Shown: positions 8,462 through 14,187 of the stretch, in pieces | How the letters are laid out: each line of letters starts with the position of its first letter | Numbering within the stretch: the first letter of the stretch is position 1 | Origin: Armatimonadota bacterium | GTDB lineage: Bacteria; Armatimonadota; Zipacnadia; Zipacnadales; UBA5352 | Assembly: GCA_034722055.1 (NCBI GenBank) | Contig: JAYENL010000040.1 | Location: forward strand, 1 to 14,187 | DNA length: 14,187 bases | Reading direction: 5' to 3' | Program-made: the position numbers and the translations under genes | The notes under the pieces: model-generated | Told to the model about the DNA's origin: nothing | The model's input: the letters and a program-made list of their open reading frames with translations, nothing else | The model's database searches: none

Positions 8462-8630
8462 TGCTGTGAGGCAGGATAATATGCGAACTTGCGCGACTTA
8501 GCACCTACTGCATCGAGGGCCGCGAGCGCAAGGGAGGGACCGGGAGCGCGGGGAGGAAAGCAACAGAAGCGCTCAATTCTGCTGACGCCGTCCCGGGCGT
8601 CCGTACCGCGATCGGACGGACTCGCCTGCG

Positions 8631-8636
8631 AGGAGG
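8631..8636 (+). promoter_or_regulatory. Shine-Dalgarno site for the 8647 CDS
   Basis: AGGAGG 10 nt upstream of ATG 8647. Confidence 0.65.
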
Positions 8637-8646
8637 GACTGCAGAG

Positions 8647-10053
8647 ATGCGTTACGGGTGGTCCGGACTGTCACTGCCTGTGCTCGCCTCTGCCTGCGCA
8701 GGTCTCGCCAGCGCTCAGTTGTTCGAAGAGCCGCTAACGCCCTCCAAGTACCACCATCCCGAGTATGAGGAGCTCGGCTATGACCCCGCCTACTGCGCCG
8801 GCGGCGTGCCCTCCTTCGACGCACAGGGGCGGCCCTACATGGTGGTCTCCTATCCCTTCACGCGTGCTGAGCCGCCGCAAAGCACAGTGCCCGGTCACTT
8901 CGGGGACCTGATGTTCCTGCGCGGCGATGGCTGGCACTTCGTGGACCTGGAGAGCGTGGTGCGGCAGGCGCTTGGCGATGAGGACGATGGAGGCGCCCTG
9001 GCGGGCTACTCCAAGCAGCCCGAGTTCATCGCCGCCACCGACGAGATGTTTCTCCTCGCTCAGTACCGCAAGGGGGACGGTCGATATGCCCTGGTGCTCA
9101 TCACCTCCCCCGACCACGGCGACAGCTTCGCGGTTCATCCCATCGAGGCCGATTACGCGACGCCCTATGACAGGATCGCCACCGAGCATCTGGCCGGCCA
9201 CAACACGATCCGCTGGCCGCTGCTGATAGCCATGAGCCGGCGCGGGGACGAGCCGGACGAGCGGTTCGTGGACTACCCAGGTAGGCTCTACTACCACATC
9301 CTCGACCGGGCTGACGGCCGGGTGAGGACCATCAATAGCGGCACTCTCAGCGAGGCGGCCTCCAGAAACCCCATCGGGAGCATGTACGTCACGACCCAGA
9401 TCGTGTCCACGCCTCGGCACACCCATATCGCGTGGCACGAGACCGAGGTTGGCGTCGAACGGGGCGGCAACGAAACCTACGTCGCCACCTACGACACGGT
9501 GACAGGCGCCTGGTCGCAGAAGAGCCTCGTGGGGCCATCTGCGGACGACCATGGCTTCCCGGCCCTGGCGCTGGACTCGGGGGGCCACATCCACATCCTC
9601 TGCGGCGCGCACGCCAGCCAGGTGTACTACACTCGCTCTACGCGCCCGGATGACAGCTCGGCCTTCGACCCGCTGGAGGCGGTGCCCGGCGCCAGCAGGG
9701 CCACCCACCTGTCTTTCCTGTGCGACCTGCAGGACCGGCTGCACCTGTTCTTCCGCAATAACATCGGCATGGGGCCCGACGGCAACAGGGGAGGGTTGAG
9801 CTACGTGACGCGCAACGGCGAGTGGTCTGAGCCGCGGCGCGTCGCGAACAGCCCTCAGGAGGGCTACCTGCGAATGTGCAACCACCTGTCCATGGACAGG
9901 CAGGGGGGGCTGTTCCTCAACTACGGCTACTTCACGCTCGACTACCGCTCCGAGGGCAAGGTCGATGAGTGGTACTACCCCGTCCTGGCCTGCTCGACTG
10001 ATCGGGGGGACAGTTGGCAGCTCGTGCCGGACGATTTCGGCCTTTCGCGGTGA
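8647..10053 (+). CDS. Secreted BNR-4 repeat beta-propeller protein (standalone paralog of the 2807 CDS C-terminal domain); candidate polysaccharide lyase
   Basis: 468 aa. Signal peptide ...ACAGLASA-Q. Asp-boxes TSPDHGDSF and CSTDRGDSW. BNR-4 motif DDHGFPALALDSGGHIHILCGAH. Motifs are collinear with the 2807 CDS. Confidence 0.87.
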   Translation: MRYGWSGLSLPVLASACAGLASAQLFEEPLTPSKYHHPEYEELGYDPAYCAGGVPSFDAQGRPYMVVSYPFTRAEPPQSTVPGHFGDLMFLRGDGWHFVDLESVVRQALGDEDDGGALAGYSKQPEFIAATDEMFLLAQYRKGDGRYALVLITSPDHGDSFAVHPIEADYATPYDRIATEHLAGHNTIRWPLLIAMSRRGDEPDERFVDYPGRLYYHILDRADGRVRTINSGTLSEAASRNPIGSMYVTTQIVSTPRHTHIAWHETEVGVERGGNETYVATYDTVTGAWSQKSLVGPSADDHGFPALALDSGGHIHILCGAHASQVYYTRSTRPDDSSAFDPLEAVPGASRATHLSFLCDLQDRLHLFFRNNIGMGPDGNRGGLSYVTRNGEWSEPRRVANSPQEGYLRMCNHLSMDRQGGLFLNYGYFTLDYRSEGKVDEWYYPVLACSTDRGDSWQLVPDDFGLSR

Positions 10054-10118
10054 TCGGGGGCGGCGCAGTCGGAGCGTCGGGAGGACGCACATCGATCGGC
10101 GGTGGGCGCTTACGGGAA

Positions 10119-10181
10119 GGCGGGCGGGCTTTTCGGACCCCAGGCGGGGGGAGACCTGGAGTTCACATAGCCCGCCCGCCC
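10119..10181 (-). ncRNA. Candidate small hairpin RNA with C-rich apical loop
   Basis: Perfect 12-bp IR GGCGGGCGGGCT (10119-10130) / AGCCCGCCCGCC (10169-10180) encloses an inner stem CCAGG/CCTGG. The minus-strand loop reads UCUCCCCCCG. The stem begins about 7 nt downstream of a minus-strand extended -10. Confidence 0.4.
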
Positions 10182-10187
10182 AACATC

Positions 10188-10198
10188 AGTATACCACA
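10188..10198 (-). promoter_or_regulatory. Extended -10 sigma70/sigmaA-type promoter element
   Basis: Minus strand TGTGG-TATACT (TG-n-TATAcT). No convincing -35. A 6-bp IR ACACTC/GAGTGT (10196-10215) overlaps the spacer region. Confidence 0.55.
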
Positions 10199-10512
10199 CT
10201 CCCCGACGTGAGTGTAGGCTGTGGACAGATAGCAGTGCGCGTGACCGAGAATCGTGTGGTGGACGGGCGCCGTGCTCGGAGAGCGACCGGCGAGAGGGCT
10301 GGAGGGCCGGGGCCGCGGGTGGCGAACAGGCACACCCCTGTCGGGATGCCGGCGCATCGAGGGGCGCATCCCTCCCGGTGACCAGGCGTGCGTCTGGAGC
10401 TACTGGTCTGACGTGCCCATGTTCCGTGACACGCTGCACCGGTGCGGCATCCGGCACGAGCGACGCAGAGACACCTGCGATGGCGCAGGCGGGCTGACGG
10501 GAGAGACCAGTC

Positions 10513-12231
10513 ATGGGATCGCTCGCGTATCTATGCCCGGTTGCGGGATTGTCGTTGGTGGCCGCTGCGGCCTTCGGGCAGCAGTCGGCCGCGCCATTGG
10601 CCGAAGAGCATCCCCGGCTCTACTTCACGGCGGATGAGCTCTCGCGCTTGCGCGAGCTGCGCACCGAGGGCCGGCACACGCGCATGTGGCAGAATCTCGC
10701 TGCCTCCGCCGACTGGTGCCTCACGCAGGAGCCGCGCGAGGACTGGATCGCCCCGGTGACGCCCGACCCGGTCTACCTGAACCTCTACGATCGCTTCTAC
10801 GCCATGATGCACGACATGGCGGTCATGGAGCATCTGGCCTTCGCCTGGGCCTACGGCGAGGATGAGCGCTACCTGGAGGGCGCCTGCCAGTGGACGCTGG
10901 CCTGCGGCCGCATCTGGCGGCGCGAGGCGGAGGGCGAGCCGGACGCCAGCAAGGCCTACGCCGTCATGCGGCTGCTCAAGGGCCTCGCGGTCAGCTATGA
11001 CCTGCTCTACAACGACCTTCCGCCGGACGAGCGCGACGAGATCCGCGACATCATGACCGGCATCGCCGGCAAGTACTACCAGTGGTATCTCGACAACCCG
11101 GGCATGGCGGGGCCCGGCCAGGACAAGCATCACGGGAGCGTGGAGGCGTCGTCCTTCGGCGTGGCGGCTCTGGCCCTGCTGGGCGAGGTGCCTGATGCCC
11201 GGGAGTGGCTGGAGCTGGCGGTGCGCAAGCACACCGACTACCTGCTGCCACAGGCCCTGACGTCGGGCGGGACGCAGGAGCAGACGTCCAACTTCTGGGC
11301 CTCGACCATGCAGTATCGCATCTTCTTCCTCGACGCCCTCCGCCGCGTGACGGGCAGAGACCTGTTCGGCGAGTACAGCGCATACATGGACGGTCGCATC
11401 GCTCTGGCCGCGGTCGTGGGCCGAAAGCGGCCGGGGCACAACGAGAATAACCGATCGATCCTCTTCGCGCCGTCGTACGGCCAGCTCGATTACTGGTCGC
11501 CGGTGCTGCTGTTCCTGGCCCGCGAGTACCGCCGGCCGATCTACCAGCACCTCGCCCTGTGGGACGAGTCCCTCGGCTCACTGCAGCAGACGCGCTACGT
11601 GACGTCGAACGGCGAGCAGCTTCTGTTCGAGCTTGGGGGCTACGCCTACGCATGGTACGACCCGACGGTCCTCCCGGACGTCGAGCCCGACCTGCCCCTC
11701 TCCTTCGAGTTCTCGGAGGTAGGCGAGGCCTACGCCCGCGTCGGCTGGCAGCCCGGCGGCCTCGCCGTTGGCGTCCGCCACGGGACCGTCATCGTCCACT
11801 GCGGCGGTGAGGCCCTGATGGTGGACCTGACCGGCCTGCCCGGCTGGACGCGGGAGGGCATGACCCTGACGGATGATGGGGAGACGGCCACGATCCGCTG
11901 CGCTGGCGGACACGCGAGTCAGTCCGTCGAGCTGAGCCGTCCCGACACGGCCACCGTGGTGCGCACGGGGGTGGAGCGGATGCAGTGGTGGTGCCACACC
12001 ATGCCGACGCGGGAGGGCGAGACGCTCACATGGCCGGGTGGCGCGACGCTGCAGGTGGAGGATGGGGCGATCGCCTCCATCGAGGCGGAGGGCCACGTGG
12101 ACGAGAAGATCGTCGGCATGGGCAAGCTGCACCTGGTTGACCCCATGCCCATGCGGTATCCTCTGGCCACGGTGGAGGCCGACGAGCAGGGCGTCATCCG
12201 GCTGCAGGTCCGCTGCGAGGTCGAAGGCTGA
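10513..12231 (+). CDS. Secreted DUF4962/heparinase II-like alpha/alpha-toroid plus beta-sandwich protein with divergent catalytic motifs
   Basis: 572 aa. Signal peptide ...LSLVAAAAFG-QQ. N-terminal EHPRLYFTADELSRLRE, HLAFAWAYGEDERYL and GLAVSYDLLY are typical of this fold. The beta-domain entry reads FSEVGEAYARVGW...GEALMVD. SD-like GGGAG at 10499-10503. Confidence 0.85.
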   Translation: MGSLAYLCPVAGLSLVAAAAFGQQSAAPLAEEHPRLYFTADELSRLRELRTEGRHTRMWQNLAASADWCLTQEPREDWIAPVTPDPVYLNLYDRFYAMMHDMAVMEHLAFAWAYGEDERYLEGACQWTLACGRIWRREAEGEPDASKAYAVMRLLKGLAVSYDLLYNDLPPDERDEIRDIMTGIAGKYYQWYLDNPGMAGPGQDKHHGSVEASSFGVAALALLGEVPDAREWLELAVRKHTDYLLPQALTSGGTQEQTSNFWASTMQYRIFFLDALRRVTGRDLFGEYSAYMDGRIALAAVVGRKRPGHNENNRSILFAPSYGQLDYWSPVLLFLAREYRRPIYQHLALWDESLGSLQQTRYVTSNGEQLLFELGGYAYAWYDPTVLPDVEPDLPLSFEFSEVGEAYARVGWQPGGLAVGVRHGTVIVHCGGEALMVDLTGLPGWTREGMTLTDDGETATIRCAGGHASQSVELSRPDTATVVRTGVERMQWWCHTMPTREGETLTWPGGATLQVEDGAIASIEAEGHVDEKIVGMGKLHLVDPMPMRYPLATVEADEQGVIRLQVRCEVEG

Positions 12232-12253
12232 GCTCCGGCGCGGCGGCCCCGGC

Positions 12254-12282
12254 CAGCGCGAGACCACATGCTCATCGCGCTG
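12254..12282. repeat. 8-bp perfect inverted repeat between genes 5 and 6
   Basis: CAGCGCGA (12254-12261) / TCGCGCTG (12275-12282), with no U-tract. Confidence 0.5.
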
Positions 12283-12316
12283 ATGGCGGCATACCTGGGA
12301 ACGGGAGGACATGAAC

Positions 12317-14187
12317 ATGGCGCGTCGGCACGTTGTGCTGATAGCGACGGGCTGCATGCTGGCAGCGACGGCTGCGGGCCACTGCGAGGCGCAGTCGATT
12401 GCGGCCCTGCCGGAGGGCGTGGAGGCGGTGTGGGACATGAGTAAGGCCTATCGGGAGACGACCGCCACGCGGGAGCGCATCTGCATCAACGGCATGTGGC
12501 GCTGGCAGCCGGTCGCGGAGAAGACGGATGAGGTGCCGACCGGCGGCTGGGGCTTCCTGAAGGTTCCGGCACCGTGGCCGGGGACCAGCTTCTGGATGCA
12601 CAGGGACTCCCAGACACACTACCCGCACCCACGCTGGCAGGATGAGAATCTGAGCGCGGTCGATATGGCCTGGTACCAGCGGGAGATCAGCGTGCCAACC
12701 GAGTGGGCCGGCCGCCGCATCTGCATCTCGCTGGCGTACCTCAACTCCTACGCGGCGGTGTACATCGACGGCACCAACGTGGGCGAGGTCTACTTCCCGG
12801 GTGGCGAGGTGGAGATCACGGATGCCTGCCGGCCGGGCACCACGCAGGTGCTGTCACTCTACACGGTGGCGCTTCCCCTGAACGAGGAGATCATCTCCTA
12901 CGCCGACGCCACCGGCGGCACGCGCTCCAGGGGCCGGGTGATCCGTCGAGGCCTGTGCGGCGACGCGTTCCTGGTCAGCACGCCGGCGGCCGCGCACATT
13001 GACGACGTGAGGGTAGCCACCTCGGTGCGGCAGTGGCAGATCACGGTGGACGTGGCGCTGGAGGGCCTTCAGCCGGGAGCGGGCTACCGCCTGCGCGCGG
13101 TCATCACCGATAACGGCCGGACGGTTCAGGAGCTTGCGAGCGACCAGTTCGGCCCGGCTGACCTGGACGACGGCCGCTTCGCGTTCGCCGGCCAGTGGCG
13201 GCCCGATAAGCTCTGGGACCTGCACACGCCCCAGAACACCTACGATCTGCAGCTCTCGCTGCTGGACGCTGGCGGCGCGGTGCTCGACACCCACCAGCCC
13301 GTGCGCTTTGGCTTCCGGGAGCTCTGGATCGAGGGGCGGGACTTCGTGCTCAACGGCACGCGCCTCTACTGCTGCGCGGTGCCCCTGGACAACGCCCAGA
13401 TCGGCGCCAGCGCCGCCTGTTACCAGGGGGCGCGTGAGAGCATGCTGCGGCACAAGGCCCTCGGGGTCAACCTGATGTACACGCACAACTACGACTGCCT
13501 GCCGGGATCGCACCTGGGGTTCGACGAGATCCTCCGCGCCGCCGACGACGTGGGCATGCTCATCTCGTTCTCGATGCCGCATGTGAAGGACTACGAGTGG
13601 GAGGCGCCGGACGCCGACGCAACCAACGGCTACGCGCGGCACGCCGAGTTCTACGTGCGGCAGGCTCAGAACCACCCCTCGGTCGTGATGTACTCCATGA
13701 ACCACAACTACACGGGTTACTCGCAGGACATGAATCCGGATCGCATCGACGGGATCTACAACCCCTTCCCCGACCCCAGCGGCGAATCGGACCTGCGCTA
13801 TGATCGCTCCGCGAGGCTGGCGCGCCGGGGGGAGGCGATCGTCAGGGGCCTCGACCCCACCCGCGTCATCTACCACCACTCCTCGGGGAACAACGGGCAG
13901 CTTCACACCATCAACTGCTACCTCAACTTCGTGCCGATCCAGGAGCGCTCGGACTGGTTCGAGCACTGGGCCACTGAGGGCGTCAAGCCGGTCTTTCTGT
14001 GCGAGTACGGCGTCCCCATACGCATGAGCTGGACGATGCACCGGGGCTGGTACGAGGGCAAGCGCTACTGGACGAACGGGAAGCTGAAGTACCAGTTCTG
14101 CACCGCCGAGTGGGGCTCGCAGTTCCTGGGCGACCGCGCCTATGCGCTGACGGAGCCCGAGAGGGAGGACCTGCGCTGGGAGGCTCA
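12317..14187 (+). CDS. Secreted glycoside hydrolase family 2-like protein, 3'-partial (alternative start ATG 12311)
   Basis: Translated by hand because it is absent from the track (no stop before the window end). It begins MARRHVVLIATGCMLAATAAGHCEA-QSIAALPEG. The sugar-binding domain shows ICINGMWRWQP...AWYQREISVPTEWAGRRI. Further GH2 motifs are KLWDLHTPQNTY, RFGFRELWIEGRDFVLNG, NHPSVVMYSM, LDPTRVI and KPVFLCEYG. SD GGAGG at 12304-12308; in-frame upstream stop at 12281. Confidence 0.9.
   Translation, partial: MARRHVVLIATGCMLAATAAGHCEAQSIAALPEGVEAVWDMSKAYRETTATRERICINGMWRWQPVAEKTDEVPTGGWGFLKVPAPWPGTSFWMHRDSQTHYPHPRWQDENLSAVDMAWYQREISVPTEWAGRRICISLAYLNSYAAVYIDGTNVGEVYFPGGEVEITDACRPGTTQVLSLYTVALPLNEEIISYADATGGTRSRGRVIRRGLCGDAFLVSTPAAAHIDDVRVATSVRQWQITVDVALEGLQPGAGYRLRAVITDNGRTVQELASDQFGPADLDDGRFAFAGQWRPDKLWDLHTPQNTYDLQLSLLDAGGAVLDTHQPVRFGFRELWIEGRDFVLNGTRLYCCAVPLDNAQIGASAACYQGARESMLRHKALGVNLMYTHNYDCLPGSHLGFDEILRAADDVGMLISFSMPHVKDYEWEAPDADATNGYARHAEFYVRQAQNHPSVVMYSMNHNYTGYSQDMNPDRIDGIYNPFPDPSGESDLRYDRSARLARRGEAIVRGLDPTRVIYHHSSGNNGQLHTINCYLNFVPIQERSDWFEHWATEGVKPVFLCEYGVPIRMSWTMHRGWYEGKRYWTNGKLKYQFCTAEWGSQFLGDRAYALTEPEREDLRWEA

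Noticed and set aside
8111..8479. 122-aa plus ORF and overlapping 125-aa minus ORF (8078-8455) in the divergent spacer
   Set aside because: No RBS, no GC3 bias comparable to the real genes and no motifs. They run through the hairpin array.
10254..10512. Short ORFs and scattered stems (GGATGCCG/CGGCATCC, CCTGCG/CGCAGG) upstream of gene 5
   Set aside because: The ORFs are Arg/Gly-rich with no coding signature, and the stems cannot be distinguished from GC-rich background by eye.
12268..12444. 58-aa ORF starting MLIALMAAYLG, resembling a signal peptide, out of frame with the GH2 gene (possible frameshift)
   Set aside because: It has no clear SD, and the GH2 frame already has its own SD, ATG and complete signal peptide.
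1..14187. CRISPR arrays, tRNA/rRNA, transposases, integrases, tandem repeats
   Set aside because: No regularly spaced direct repeats, cloverleaf or rRNA signatures, or mobile-element protein motifs were seen.

Overview
High-GC (roughly 70% by eye) bacterial window with six large genes, all apparently carbohydrate-active or glycan-related. They are: (1) a multidomain protein with a CBM11/CIA30-like insert and an alpha/alpha-toroid C-terminus (9-2663, +, possibly 5'-truncated); (2) and (4) two paralogous BNR-4-repeat beta-propeller proteins with a PL24-lyase-like His motif (2807-5251 +, 8647-10053 +); (3) a heparinase II/III-type lyase with an N-terminal CxxC...CxxC zinc ribbon (5312-7990, -); (5) a DUF4962/heparinase-like protein with apparently degenerate catalytic motifs (10513-12231, +); (6) a GH2-family protein absent from the ORF track because it runs off the window, with the nucleophile Glu kept but the acid/base NE motif replaced by HN (12317->14187, +). 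Five have signal peptides. No transporter, regulator, rRNA, tRNA, CRISPR or mobile element is visible. The intergenic regions are strikingly structured. They include a four-hairpin array with a perfect 17-bp inverted repeat (8283-8413), a Gram-positive-type LexA-like box (8450-8461), and a candidate antisense sRNA hairpin (10119-10180) directly downstream of a minus-strand extended -10 element, whose C-rich loop is complementary to the RBS region of gene 5. All family assignments come from motif recognition by eye, not database searches. The gene style is reminiscent of Armatimonadota-like genomes, which is only an inference.
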